The notes under the pieces: generated by a model
Told to the model about the DNA's origin: nothing
The model's database searches: none
Seen by the model: only the letters and a program-made list of their open reading frames with translations
Shown here: positions 20,175 through 29,818 of the stretch, piece after piece
Position numbering within the stretch: the first letter of the stretch is position 1
Layout of the letters: every line of letters starts with the position of its first letter
Source: Patescibacteria group bacterium
GTDB taxonomy: Bacteria; Patescibacteriota; Microgenomatia; UBA8517
Reading direction: 5' to 3'
Length of the DNA stretch: 64,000 bases
NCBI GenBank assembly: GCA_025999275.1
Contig: AP024680.1
Span: forward strand, 180,728 to 244,727
Position numbers and translations under genes: made by a program

Positions 20175-22265
20175 ATGGCTAAAAAACTCAAAAGGGTAAA
20201 GTCAAAAAACGCATTTAAGGTTAAGCTCAAACCTGGGGTTGTTTATTCTATTGCCCAAACTCTTTTTTTTCTTTTGTCGTTCTTGGTTATAATTTCCTTC
20301 TCGAGGCAAGGTTTAGCTTTAAGATCGATAAATGACATTCTTGTTTTGTACTTTTCTTGGACCGCTATCTTTTTGCCATTTATCTTTATTACTTTTGGTC
20401 TTTTAATTTCTAAATTTAAAACTCCACTCTCACAACCTAATGTATCTGTTGGAGCCATTCTTTTTTTTGTATCTTTTCTAGCTCTGTTTAGAGCTGGAAT
20501 AATTGGTGCTTATCTGTGGGAAAATTTAGCTATTCTTTTGACTAAAACTGGGTCTTTTTTTCTCCTTCTTGCAACCTCAATGATAGGTTTATTAGTCCTT
20601 TTTAACACTCCTATTGAGCAAATAATTTCTTTTCTTGCCAGTCTGTTAGCTATTCTAAAGCAAACTTTGTTGGGATCAAAGTCTAAGTTGACTAAAACTT
20701 ATCTTAACCCACGACCAAATTTTAGACCCCCTGAGGCGGAAAAGAAACCAGTGACCGTAGAGATTAGCTCCACCCTTAATTCAGACCAGAAAGTTCTTAC
20801 TGCAAACCTAGTTACCAACCTACCTGGCCAAAATGAAATTTGGAAGTATCCTTCGCTTGATATGTTAATGGAAGGTCATGAGGGCAAAGCTGATCGTGGA
20901 GATGTGAATGAGAACGCCGCCACTATTGAGAGAACTCTTGACGATTTTGGTATTTTGGCAAAAGTTGTTGAGGTAAACTACGGACCTGCGGTCACTCAAT
21001 ATGCAATTCAAGTAGCTTCAGGAACAAAACTTTCCAAGATTACAGCTTTGGAGAGAGATTTGGCATTAGCTTTAGCTGCTCCTACTGGAACAATTAGAAT
21101 TGAAGCTCCTATTCCGGGTAGAAGTTTGGTTGGAATTGAATTACCAAATAGGACTCCTGAGTTTGTTTCTTTAAAGAAAATGCTTGAATCTGATGTAATG
21201 AAATCTAATTCGTCTAAGTTGGCTGTGGCCTTGGGTCTTGATGTTTCAGGCAGACCAGTTGTGGCAGATTTGGCTAAGATGCCTCATGTTTTAATTGCTG
21301 GTCAAACTGGTTCAGGTAAGTCTGTTTGTATTAACACTTTTTTAGCCTCACTTCTTTTTAGAACATCTCCGTCTGAAGTTAAGCTGGTGTTAGTAGACCC
21401 AAAAAGGGTGGAGATGACGCACTATGTTGATATTCCCCATCTTTTGACCCCTGTTGTTACCAATTTGGAAGAAATAGTTTCGGTCTTGAAATGGGTTTTG
21501 GATGAGATGGAAAGGCGGTATAAAAAATTTGCTGAGGTGGGTGTAAGAAATATTGATGGTTATAATGAGATGTCTGGTTTTCAGGCTTTACCTTATATTG
21601 TTTTGGTGATTGACGAGTTGGCTGAGGTAATGCTATTTTCGCCGGTTGAAGTCGAGGAGAAGATTGCTAGAATTGCTCAAATGAGTCGGGCTACTGGAAT
21701 TCATATGGTCTTGGCAACTCAACGACCTTCTGTTGATGTTATTACCGGTTTGATCAAAGCCAATATTCCTTGTAGGATTGCTTTTGCTGTTGCTTCTCAA
21801 GTTGATTCTAGAGTAATAATAGATTCTCCGGGAGCTGAGAAACTTTTGGGAAAAGGAGATATGCTTTATTTGCCACCTGAGCAGGCTAAACCTATTCGTA
21901 TTCAGGGTGCTTTTGTTTCAGATAAAGAGATTACAAACTTAACCACTTACCTTAAGAATCAGGGCATATCCCCTGAATATGTGGAGGAAGCAACAAAGAT
22001 GACCCCATCCTCTTCGGGTAGTCGTTTTGGGGTAGATGGTGATTTGGATAAACTTTTTCCGGATGCTGTTAGATTAGTTTGCCAATATGACAAGGCCTCA
22101 ACATCACTTTTACAGAGACGCCTTTCTATTGGTTATTCAAGGGCGGCAAGAATTATGGATCAACTTGAGGCGGCTGGAGTTGTTGGTCCTCAAGACGGTT
22201 CAAAAGCAAGAGATGTTTTGATTTCTAACCCAGAAGAGGTTTTGTCTCCACAGAATGAGGGTTAA
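20175..22265 (+). CDS. ftsK: DNA translocase FtsK/SpoIIIE
   Basis: N-terminal TM helices, then a motor domain with the GQTGSGKSV Walker A and a C-terminal gamma (winged-helix) domain. Confidence 0.9.
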   Translation: MAKKLKRVKSKNAFKVKLKPGVVYSIAQTLFFLLSFLVIISFSRQGLALRSINDILVLYFSWTAIFLPFIFITFGLLISKFKTPLSQPNVSVGAILFFVSFLALFRAGIIGAYLWENLAILLTKTGSFFLLLATSMIGLLVLFNTPIEQIISFLASLLAILKQTLLGSKSKLTKTYLNPRPNFRPPEAEKKPVTVEISSTLNSDQKVLTANLVTNLPGQNEIWKYPSLDMLMEGHEGKADRGDVNENAATIERTLDDFGILAKVVEVNYGPAVTQYAIQVASGTKLSKITALERDLALALAAPTGTIRIEAPIPGRSLVGIELPNRTPEFVSLKKMLESDVMKSNSSKLAVALGLDVSGRPVVADLAKMPHVLIAGQTGSGKSVCINTFLASLLFRTSPSEVKLVLVDPKRVEMTHYVDIPHLLTPVVTNLEEIVSVLKWVLDEMERRYKKFAEVGVRNIDGYNEMSGFQALPYIVLVIDELAEVMLFSPVEVEEKIARIAQMSRATGIHMVLATQRPSVDVITGLIKANIPCRIAFAVASQVDSRVIIDSPGAEKLLGKGDMLYLPPEQAKPIRIQGAFVSDKEITNLTTYLKNQGISPEYVEEATKMTPSSSGSRFGVDGDLDKLFPDAVRLVCQYDKASTSLLQRRLSIGYSRAARIMDQLEAAGVVGPQDGSKARDVLISNPEEVLSPQNEG

Positions 22266-22273
22266 TTTAAAGT

Positions 22274-22900
22274 ATGCTTACAATTGGAAATTTTATAAAG
22301 AAGGAAAGGATAGAGAAAAAGTTATCTTTGGAATCTTTGGAAAGGAAGACAAAAATAAAAAAGGAGTTTATTTATGCTTTGGAGCGTGAGGATTGGCAGT
22401 CTCTGCCGGAATTTCCAGTTGTCTTAGGATTTGTAAAGAATATTGCTAAGGCTTTGAATGTGAATGAAAATAAAGCAGCAGCTTTTTTAAGGCGGGATTA
22501 TCCGCCAAAAATAGTTTCATTAACTCCCAAAACTCCAATTGGTAAAAAAAGTTTTGTTTGGAGCCCAAGATCAACATTATTAGCTGGAATAATCTTAGCT
22601 GTTTTAGTGGTGGTATCTTTTTTGGGTTATCAGGCTTATCGTTTTTTAAGTCCGCCGTCTTTGGTTTTGTTTTCTCCAAAAGATGGAGATAAAGTCAGAG
22701 TCGGTGAGCTATTAGTTTCCGGAAAAACAGATGTCGATGCCATTGTTTTTGTGAATAATCAACCTGTAGTGATAGATTCTGATGGCAATTTTCAGGCTCA
22801 AATTTTAGTTGATCAAAACACCAACCAGCTTGTGGTTAAAGCCAGATCAAGATCTGGTAAGGAGAGGGTTGTAGAACAAAGATTGGAGGTTGAAGACTAA
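22274..22900 (+). CDS. RodZ-like protein: XRE-type HTH, one TM helix and a periplasmic domain
   Basis: N-terminal HTH (GNFIKKERIEKKLSLESLERKTKIKKEFIYALE), a TM helix (LLAGIILAVLVVVSFLG) and a C-terminal beta domain. Confidence 0.6.
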   Translation: MLTIGNFIKKERIEKKLSLESLERKTKIKKEFIYALEREDWQSLPEFPVVLGFVKNIAKALNVNENKAAAFLRRDYPPKIVSLTPKTPIGKKSFVWSPRSTLLAGIILAVLVVVSFLGYQAYRFLSPPSLVLFSPKDGDKVRVGELLVSGKTDVDAIVFVNNQPVVIDSDGNFQAQILVDQNTNQLVVKARSRSGKERVVEQRLEVED

Positions 22901-22909
22901 AATTAAAAT

Positions 22910-23152
22910 ATGGAAACAGCACAAAAAATTCTTGCCTTTGTTGCTATCTCTTTGACAGTTTTGTTCTTGATTGTGGGAATACAAGTTTTTTTGGTAATTG
23001 CTGATTTAAGGCAAGCGATTAAAAGATTGAATAGTATTTTGGAGGATGCCATTTTGGGAGGCGGATTGATTAAACCGGAAAAATTGACAGGAGTTATAGA
23101 GATGATCAAAAAGGGCAAGAAAATGGAATCTCACGGGGAAAACTCTCTTTAA
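22910..23152 (+). CDS. Small hypothetical membrane protein (80 aa, single TM helix)
   Basis: TM helix ILAFVAISLTVLFLIVGIQVFLVIA. Co-directional with its neighbours. Preferred over the overlapping antisense ORF at 22903-23118. Confidence 0.35.
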   Translation: METAQKILAFVAISLTVLFLIVGIQVFLVIADLRQAIKRLNSILEDAILGGGLIKPEKLTGVIEMIKKGKKMESHGENSL

Positions 23153-23186
23153 ACTTTTGGTGTAAATGTAATCTTTTTGGTTTTAT

Positions 23187-23194
23187 TGTATAAT
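23187..23194 (+). promoter_or_regulatory. Extended -10 element TGTATAAT about 10 nt upstream of the alaS ATG (possibly a leaderless or near-leaderless transcript)
   Basis: TGnTATAAT at 23187-23194. No SD is visible before the ATG at 23204. Confidence 0.35.
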
Positions 23195-23203
23195 TTACGC
23201 ACG

Positions 23204-25018
23204 ATGTCGACAGGAGCGGAGATTAGGAATAAATATATAAATTTTTTTAAAAGTAAGGGTCATAAAGAGATTCCAGCTTCTCCTTTAGTTTTGGAGGGAG
23301 ATCCAACAACTCTTTTTACCTCAGCTGGAATGCAGCCTTTAATTCCCTATTTGAAAGGGGAAGAACACCCCAAAGGGAGACGTCTTTGTGATGTCCAGCC
23401 CTCACTTAGGCTTCAAGACATAGAAGAGGTGGGAGATAATCGTCATACTACTTTTTTTGAGATGCTTGGCAATTGGAGTTTAGGAGATTATTTTAAGGAA
23501 GAACAACTTTCTTGGTGTCTTGAATTTTTTACAAAAGAGTTGGGCATAGATAAAAATAAACTTTGGGTATCTGTTTTTGAAGGCCTAAGAGATGAAAAAG
23601 GTAAAGAAATAGTTCCAAAGGATGAGACTTCTTATAAAATTTGGCTTAAGTTAGGAATTCCTAAAGAGAGAATTTTCTTTTATGGTCCAAAGAAGAACTG
23701 GTGGAGTCGCTCTGGAACACCTGATGAAATGCCTGAAGGTGAGATTGGAGGACCCGACTCTGAGGTTTTTTATGATTTTGGCACCCCAATCCATCCTGGT
23801 TGCCATCCAAATTGTGACTGTGGCAGATTTTTGGAAATAGGAAATTCTGTTTTTATTGAGTATGAGAAAAAAAATGGCAAGCTTGAAGAATTGCCTTTGA
23901 AGAATGTTGACTTTGGTGGCGGACTTGAAAGAATAGAAATGGCATTGGACAATCAGCCCGATATCTTTAAAACATCTTTACTAAAGGATTTGGTTTTGAA
24001 GATAGAAGAATTGTCATCTACAAAATATGAGGAAAATATATCAACAGATAAAAGCTTTAGAATAATATCTGATCATTTGCGCGCGGCTGTAAATATAATG
24101 GCTGAGGGGGTTTATCCTTCAAATAAGCTTCATGGCTACGTAGCAAGAAGATTGATTAGAAAATCAGTTTTTCATCTTTTTTTGCTGGGAGTGAATGAAA
24201 CAGGCTCTCTTTCTCAAATAGCCTCGGTCTTGAAAAATGAGGATAAGATAAACAACAATTGGCAATTTATAAAAGAGAATCTTGAAATTGAGGAAATGAA
24301 GTTTAAAAAAATAATGGAGGTTGGTGTCAAAAAGCTTGATAGGCTGGTTTCTTCTGGTAAAAACATAGATGGCAAAACTGCTTTTGATCTTTATCAAAAC
24401 GATGGATTTCCGTTAGAGTTGACCTTGGAATTCTTGCGTCGCAAGGGGATGAGATTTACAAAAAAATCTGAAGAAATTTTTAAGCGTGAGTTTGAACGTC
24501 ACCGTGAGCTTTCAAGAAAAACTACAGCCCGTGTTTTTAAGGGTGGTTTAGCAGATAATTCTAAAGAGGTTGTTAAACTTCATACAGCTACCCATCTAAT
24601 TCATGCTTCTTTGCGAAAAATTTTTGGGGATACTGTTTCTCAAAAAGGATCGAATATTACCGCTGAGAGACTGAGGTTTGATTTTTCTTTCCCCAGGAAA
24701 TTAACAGATGAAGAGATTGGTAAAGTGGAAAAGATGGTGAATGAAGTTATAGATAAAGGTTTGCCGGTGGTTTTTGAGACGAAATCTCTTGATGAAGCAA
24801 TTTCTGAAGGAGCACTCCATTTTTTTGCGGAGAGATATGGCAAGGAGGTAAAAGTTTATACAGTAGGTGATCCTAAAGGTGATTATTTCTCCAAAGAGGT
24901 TTGTGGGGGGCCTCATGTTGAAAATACCAAGGAAATTGGTCATGTTAAAATATTTAAGCAGGAGAAGCTCGGCTTGGGTGTGGTAAGAATTTATGCCACC
25001 AATAAAGTTCTGGATTAA
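23204..25018 (+). CDS. alaS: Alanyl-tRNA synthetase, short form (catalytic, tRNA-binding and editing domains; no C-Ala domain)
   Basis: FTSAGMQP and RHTTFFEMLGNWSLGDYFK in the catalytic core. Editing-domain HTATHLIHASL...CGGPHV. About 604 aa versus about 870 for the full-length enzyme. Confidence 0.85.
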   Translation: MSTGAEIRNKYINFFKSKGHKEIPASPLVLEGDPTTLFTSAGMQPLIPYLKGEEHPKGRRLCDVQPSLRLQDIEEVGDNRHTTFFEMLGNWSLGDYFKEEQLSWCLEFFTKELGIDKNKLWVSVFEGLRDEKGKEIVPKDETSYKIWLKLGIPKERIFFYGPKKNWWSRSGTPDEMPEGEIGGPDSEVFYDFGTPIHPGCHPNCDCGRFLEIGNSVFIEYEKKNGKLEELPLKNVDFGGGLERIEMALDNQPDIFKTSLLKDLVLKIEELSSTKYEENISTDKSFRIISDHLRAAVNIMAEGVYPSNKLHGYVARRLIRKSVFHLFLLGVNETGSLSQIASVLKNEDKINNNWQFIKENLEIEEMKFKKIMEVGVKKLDRLVSSGKNIDGKTAFDLYQNDGFPLELTLEFLRRKGMRFTKKSEEIFKREFERHRELSRKTTARVFKGGLADNSKEVVKLHTATHLIHASLRKIFGDTVSQKGSNITAERLRFDFSFPRKLTDEEIGKVEKMVNEVIDKGLPVVFETKSLDEAISEGALHFFAERYGKEVKVYTVGDPKGDYFSKEVCGGPHVENTKEIGHVKIFKQEKLGLGVVRIYATNKVLD

Positions 25019-25045
25019 AAGCTTATTTTCTGCTTTAATGAATTA

Positions 25046-27268
25046 ATGGATTTTAAAGATATACTGCCCAAAAAGTTAGAGCAGAAAGAATGTTATTGGT
25101 CTATTGTTATCGAGCCCGATTGGGTCCAATCTGGTATTTGGAAAGTTGATGATGGTAAGGTTGACGTTGTTTCATTTGGAGCGCCTCTTTCCTGGCAGAA
25201 AGGTCATGATCTAGTTGAAGTAGTAGATTCTTCTTTATCTGTGGCTATTCAAAATTTGACGGAAGATGTGGAACCTTCCAAAACTGTTTTTGGTCTACCA
25301 CCCTTTTGGGTAGAAAATGGTCAGATTAAACCCGATTATCAAGAGCAAATAAAGAGAATTTGTCAGGAACTTTCGCTTAAACCTGTTGGTTTTGTTGCTT
25401 TGACTGAAGCAATTGCTTATTATCTTAAATCCCAGGAGGGTGACTTTTTAAGTGCCATTGTTGTGGCAATTTTTGAAGAGAATTTAAGTGTTTCACTTTT
25501 TGTTGACGGAAAAGTTAAAGGTGAGTCGCAGGTGGCAAGAAGTGTTTCTTTAGTTGAAGATTTAGTTGAAGGAATTTCAAGATTTTCTTTTAGTCAACCA
25601 TTACCGCCGCGGATCATATTGTATGACGGAAGAGAAGGTGAGCTTGAAGATTTAAGACAGACCTTAACTACTGCTGATTGGAGTCAATATCCAACTTTGA
25701 AATTTCTTCACCTTCCAAAAATAGAAATTATTAGGTCTGAAGAAAAGATTTTAGCCATCTCTCTTGCGGGGGGTGTAGAACTTGAAGGGGCAAATAGGGT
25801 GGAGCTGGTTTCAGAAGAAGGAGAAGAGCGAGAAAAAAGTGGAATAGAAAGGATTGAATCAAAAGCCGAAGGTGATAATTTTAAGACAGTTGATGAGAGT
25901 CTTGATTTTGTTGTTGGTGAGGATATAAAGAAGGTGTCTGAAGAAGTTATTGGAAGTGCTTTTGATGGGGGAAAAGAAGATGCGGTGTTAACTTCTTCTG
26001 TTCCGGTCCAATCTGAGACCACTCAGGCCCAAAAATCTTTTTTATTTCCTCTTTTTGACAAAGTTAAAAGAATGTTTCTTCGGAGAAGGGAAAAAGGGAA
26101 AAATATAATTTTCAGCTCTCCTTTTGGTTTCGATAAAAAACCTTTAATTATTGGTCTTTTGTCTTTTGTTTTCTTTTTAGTGGCTGGTTTTTTGATTTGG
26201 TGGTTTTTGCCTTCGGCACAGGTGACGATATATGTTTCACCACAAAAGATAGAAGAGAAAGCTGATTTAAGGCTTGATAAATCTTTGACTTCTCTTGATT
26301 TATCTTCAAAAGCACTGCCGGCAAAAGAGATAAAAAAGGAGATTTCTGGAGAAAAAACTATTTCTGTAACAGGATCTAAAATTGTTGGAGATAAAGCTAA
26401 AGGCAAAGTCGAGATTTATAGGACAGGAGGTGAAATTACACTTCCCAAAGGAACCAAATTACAAAGTAGTTCTGGTTTAATCTTTGTCCTTGATGAAGAC
26501 ACCAATATTGCTAGTGGAAGTGCCTCTACTCCTAGTAAGACTGAGGCTTCAGTTACCGCTTTTGACATAGGTTCAGAGTACAATTTGGCTTCTGGAGAAT
26601 CTTTTTCTGTTGGAAATTATGCTACGAGCACGATTGAGGCAAAAAATGAGGAAGCTTTTTCTGGAGGTTCAAGCCGTGAGATTAGTGCTGTTTCTTCAAA
26701 GGATTACGAAAAAGTTCTCGATGATCTTAAAAAGGAACTGGAGGAAAAACTACTTGCTGATATTGAGCCCAGTATTGGCGGTAATGAAATAGCTGTAAGG
26801 GAATCACTTAAGGAAGATATAAAAAATCAAACTTATAATCATAAAGTTGGTGATGAGGCTGATAGCTTGAAGCTTAATTTAACACTATCAGCATCAATTT
26901 TGGTTATTAATAAAGATGATCTTTATCAAATAGCAAAAGAGATTCTAAAAGATAAGACCCCTTCAGGTTACAGCCTAAGGCAGGACCAGCTTAAAGTTAG
27001 TTTTAGTTTGGGTGAGGAAAACAACCAAACATACAGTTTTAAGGTAAATTTTGTGGCCAATCTTTTACCCAAGGTTAGTCAAGAAGAGATAGCAAAAACT
27101 ATAGCTGGAAGAGACATTGAGATTGCCAGAAATTATCTTATAAAAGATCGTGGTTATGACAGAGTTGAAATTACTGTTAAGCCCAATTTTGGTTTTCGGA
27201 AGTTGATGGTATTACCCCATATTGCCAAAAGAATCTATATTCAATTTGAAGCGTCTCCTTCCTCTTAA
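25046..27268 (+). CDS. Hypothetical bitopic membrane protein: about 230-aa N-terminal cytoplasmic domain, acidic linker, one TM helix, about 350-aa extracytoplasmic Ser/Thr/Lys-rich domain
   Basis: TM helix LIIGLLSFVFFLVAGFLIWWFL near aa 370-392. The N-terminal domain is faintly actin/FtsA/PilM-like (speculative). No family is recognised. Confidence 0.5.
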   Translation: MDFKDILPKKLEQKECYWSIVIEPDWVQSGIWKVDDGKVDVVSFGAPLSWQKGHDLVEVVDSSLSVAIQNLTEDVEPSKTVFGLPPFWVENGQIKPDYQEQIKRICQELSLKPVGFVALTEAIAYYLKSQEGDFLSAIVVAIFEENLSVSLFVDGKVKGESQVARSVSLVEDLVEGISRFSFSQPLPPRIILYDGREGELEDLRQTLTTADWSQYPTLKFLHLPKIEIIRSEEKILAISLAGGVELEGANRVELVSEEGEEREKSGIERIESKAEGDNFKTVDESLDFVVGEDIKKVSEEVIGSAFDGGKEDAVLTSSVPVQSETTQAQKSFLFPLFDKVKRMFLRRREKGKNIIFSSPFGFDKKPLIIGLLSFVFFLVAGFLIWWFLPSAQVTIYVSPQKIEEKADLRLDKSLTSLDLSSKALPAKEIKKEISGEKTISVTGSKIVGDKAKGKVEIYRTGGEITLPKGTKLQSSSGLIFVLDEDTNIASGSASTPSKTEASVTAFDIGSEYNLASGESFSVGNYATSTIEAKNEEAFSGGSSREISAVSSKDYEKVLDDLKKELEEKLLADIEPSIGGNEIAVRESLKEDIKNQTYNHKVGDEADSLKLNLTLSASILVINKDDLYQIAKEILKDKTPSGYSLRQDQLKVSFSLGEENNQTYSFKVNFVANLLPKVSQEEIAKTIAGRDIEIARNYLIKDRGYDRVEITVKPNFGFRKLMVLPHIAKRIYIQFEASPSS

Positions 27269-27313
27269 TTAATTTTAATTAATGTTTTTATCTCTTTGTG
27301 GTAAATTAGAATT

Positions 27314-28015
27314 ATGAAAATTAGGAAAAATAAGTTACTGATTAGAGTCTTGGCTTTTTTAATGGGTTTTTTTGGCTTTTTTGTTTTGGCTGTTACTTTT
27401 TATCCAATTTTAAAATATGAAATTCTCTCTCGGGATAAATACCCATCATTTTTGGTTCCACTGGCAGAATCTGACATAGATTTTTTTTCTGGTAAAGATT
27501 ACACAAAAGCTAGTAATTGGTTTGAGGGTGGATTGAGAAAGGAAGATTTTAATTTACCCAAGGTTACATTTTACAATCTTTCTATACCCAAATTGCGGAT
27601 TGAGAACGCAGTGGTGGCAATAGGGGGAGAAGATTTGAATGACCATTTAATTCAATATCCTGGTACCGCCTTGCCTGGTAGACGTGGAAATGCAGTTATT
27701 TTTGGCCATTCAATTTTGCCTAGATTTTATGATCCTAAGAAATATATTTCTATTTTTTCTCTTTTGCCCACTTTAGAAAAAGGAGATTCGATTTATGTTT
27801 ATTTTGATGGTATTGAGTACACCTATCGAGTTGAAGATATGTTTGAAGTAGCTCCTTCTGATATTCAAGTATTGGAACAGAATTCATCAGATTCTTATTT
27901 GACACTGGTTACTTGTACACCACCTGGGGATCCAAGAAAGCCAAGACGTTTGGTTGTTAGAGCAAGAATTGTTTCACAAGATTCAGCAGGGGTTTTTGAC
28001 TCTTCTAATTTATGA
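27314..28015 (+). CDS. Sortase-family transpeptidase
   Basis: N-terminal TM anchor. Catalytic His (NAVIFGHS), TLxTC motif (YLTLVTCTPPG) and a conserved Arg (RLVVRARI). Confidence 0.8.
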   Translation: MKIRKNKLLIRVLAFLMGFFGFFVLAVTFYPILKYEILSRDKYPSFLVPLAESDIDFFSGKDYTKASNWFEGGLRKEDFNLPKVTFYNLSIPKLRIENAVVAIGGEDLNDHLIQYPGTALPGRRGNAVIFGHSILPRFYDPKKYISIFSLLPTLEKGDSIYVYFDGIEYTYRVEDMFEVAPSDIQVLEQNSSDSYLTLVTCTPPGDPRKPRRLVVRARIVSQDSAGVFDSSNL

Positions 28016-28401
28016 AAATATTAGGCGTAGATTATGGAAAATCGAAGGTGGGTTTGGCGATAGCTGAGAGTAAGTTTCCTTTTCCTTTTGGTGTAATTAG
28101 ATTTAGGAGTGAGGATTTTATTATTAGAAAAATTTTGGATGTGGTTGAAAAAGAAAAAATAGAGAAAGTTGTTTTGGGGGTTTCGGAAGGAAGGATGAAA
28201 AAAGAGAGTGTCGCTTTTGGGCAAAAGTTAAAGAGAATATTAAAAGTACCTATTGTTTTTCAAGACGAAACTTTAACTTCTAAAGAAGCTCAACTCCTTT
28301 CTCTTGAGGCAGGAATTAAGAGAAAAAAAAGGCGATCTCTTGAAGATGCTTATGCTGCCTCCTTGATACTTGAGAATTATCTTGAAAGATCAACTAGTTG
28401 A
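28012..28401 (+). CDS. ruvX: Putative pre-16S rRNA nuclease / Holliday junction resolvase-like YqgF (RuvX)
   Basis: MKILGVDYGKSKVGLAIAE N-terminus of the RNase H-like YqgF family. 129 aa. The conserved alaS-ruvX-mltG neighbourhood known from Firmicutes is recalled from memory. Confidence 0.8.
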   Translation: MKILGVDYGKSKVGLAIAESKFPFPFGVIRFRSEDFIIRKILDVVEKEKIEKVVLGVSEGRMKKESVAFGQKLKRILKVPIVFQDETLTSKEAQLLSLEAGIKRKKRRSLEDAYAASLILENYLERSTS

Positions 28402-28432
28402 TTTAGTTTTTGAATTTTGTTAGACTGAACTG

Positions 28433-28633
28433 ATGTTTAAGAATGTTATTGCGCCCATTCAAGCCTGGCTTTTGTCCCAAGGAAGATGTGTGGGTTGTGG
28501 TAAACCTCTTTCTGGGGGTAAAAGAGAGAAACATGTTGGGGGGAATCAAAAAGTAACCTGTTTTTGTGGGCGCATTTATATTTATAACCCTAAAACAAAG
28601 ACCTACAGACGCGCTCTGATTGAGGAAGTTTAA
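28433..28633 (+). CDS. Small zinc-ribbon protein (66 aa)
   Basis: CVGCG...CFCG cysteine pairs. Confidence 0.4.
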   Translation: MFKNVIAPIQAWLLSQGRCVGCGKPLSGGKREKHVGGNQKVTCFCGRIYIYNPKTKTYRRALIEEV

Positions 28634-28658
28634 GTAGTGTCTTCAAGAGGAAATTCTA

Positions 28659-29657
28659 ATGAAAAAGATTGTTTTCATTTTTTTAGCTCTTCTATTTTTC
28701 TTGATCTTTGTATTTTGTTTTGTTTGGTGGAAAGAAGCCACTAAACCCAAGGACCCTGGTTTTAAAGCATTTATGAGTTTTGTTGTTCCTCGCGGTTCTT
28801 CTGCCAGTCAGGTGGGTAAAAAATTGCAGGACGAAGGTTTAATTAGGAGTTCTTTGGCTTTCAAAATTTATTTTCAGTTTCAAGGAAAATCTTCTCAAAT
28901 CAAAGCAGGGGAGTATCAGATTTCTCCATCTGAGACGATGCAACAGATAGTTAATAAATTGATTTCTGGCCCCCGTCTTTTTTGGGTTACTTTTCCTGAG
29001 GGTTTAAGAAAAGAGGAAATAGCCTTAAAGTTAATTAAAGAACTAAATATTGAAAATTCTCCAAGTTTCTATAATCAGTTTCTTGAGGAATCAAAAGGTA
29101 AAGAAGGTTTCCTTTTCCCTGATACTTATCTTTTACCAAAAGAGATTACTGCAGATAAATTTGTTGGCCTTCTTTATAATAATTTTCTTGCTAAAACAAA
29201 ACCTTTAGAGAACGATATTAAAAGGACAGGTATGAGTTTAGAGCAAGTAATTATTTTTGCCTCAATTATTGAAAGAGAAACAAGGTCTGAGAGTGAACGC
29301 CCAATTGTGGCAGGAATTTTGATTAAAAGACTTAAAAGTGGTTGGCCTTTACAGGTTGATGCTTCGGTACAATATGCCGTTGCGACAAAAAATTGTATTG
29401 GTTTTAATCCTGATTGCAAGTGGTGGCCAATTTTAACAAAGAACGATATGGATATTAACTCGCCATTTAACAGTTATAAATTTAAAGGATTGCCTCCAAC
29501 CCCAATTTCAAATCCTGGAATCTCTTCAATTAAAGCCGTGATTTATTCAAAAGAAAGCAATTATTGGTTCTACTTGCACGATGATAAGGGGAATGTTTAC
29601 TTTGCTAAGACTCTAGAGGAACACCAATCAAATATTAGAAAATATTTAAGGAAGTAG
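28659..29657 (+). CDS. mltG: Endolytic murein transglycosylase MltG (YceG-like)
   Basis: N-terminal TM anchor, then a YceG-like domain (...SQIKAGEYQISPSETMQQIVNKLISG...GLPPTPISNPG). Confidence 0.8.
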   Translation: MKKIVFIFLALLFFLIFVFCFVWWKEATKPKDPGFKAFMSFVVPRGSSASQVGKKLQDEGLIRSSLAFKIYFQFQGKSSQIKAGEYQISPSETMQQIVNKLISGPRLFWVTFPEGLRKEEIALKLIKELNIENSPSFYNQFLEESKGKEGFLFPDTYLLPKEITADKFVGLLYNNFLAKTKPLENDIKRTGMSLEQVIIFASIIERETRSESERPIVAGILIKRLKSGWPLQVDASVQYAVATKNCIGFNPDCKWWPILTKNDMDINSPFNSYKFKGLPPTPISNPGISSIKAVIYSKESNYWFYLHDDKGNVYFAKTLEEHQSNIRKYLRK

Positions 29658-29687
29658 GTTTGACAATTTCTGGGAGTCTTTTTCCTC

Positions 29688-29715
29688 TTGACAGATATAA
29701 AAATATATATATAAT
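29688..29715 (+). promoter_or_regulatory. Sigma-70-like promoter upstream of rpoB: TTGACA, 16-nt spacer, TATAAT
   Basis: TTGACA at 29688-29693 and TATAAT at 29710-29715, 16 nt apart. A leader hairpin AGGCGTAA...TTACGCTCCT follows. Confidence 0.5.
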
Positions 29716-29818
29716 CACCGTTAGGCGTAACTGTAGCTTACGCTCCTTTGTTTGTTCCCATTAAGGGATTTTTTTGTGTGTATTTTTAGCAACAAAGGAT
29801 AATAATTTTGCCTTGGCA

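Noticed and set aside
22903-23118. Minus-strand 71-aa ORF opposite the small TM protein
   Set aside because: The plus-strand alternative is co-directional with the whole operon and encodes a cleaner TM helix. Only one of the two can be real, and neither is well supported.
25046-27268. Calling the 740-aa protein FtsA, PilM or another named actin-like ATPase
   Set aside because: The resemblance is limited to a hydrophobic-strand pattern. No phosphate-binding DxGxT/GG motifs are recognisable, so it stays hypothetical.
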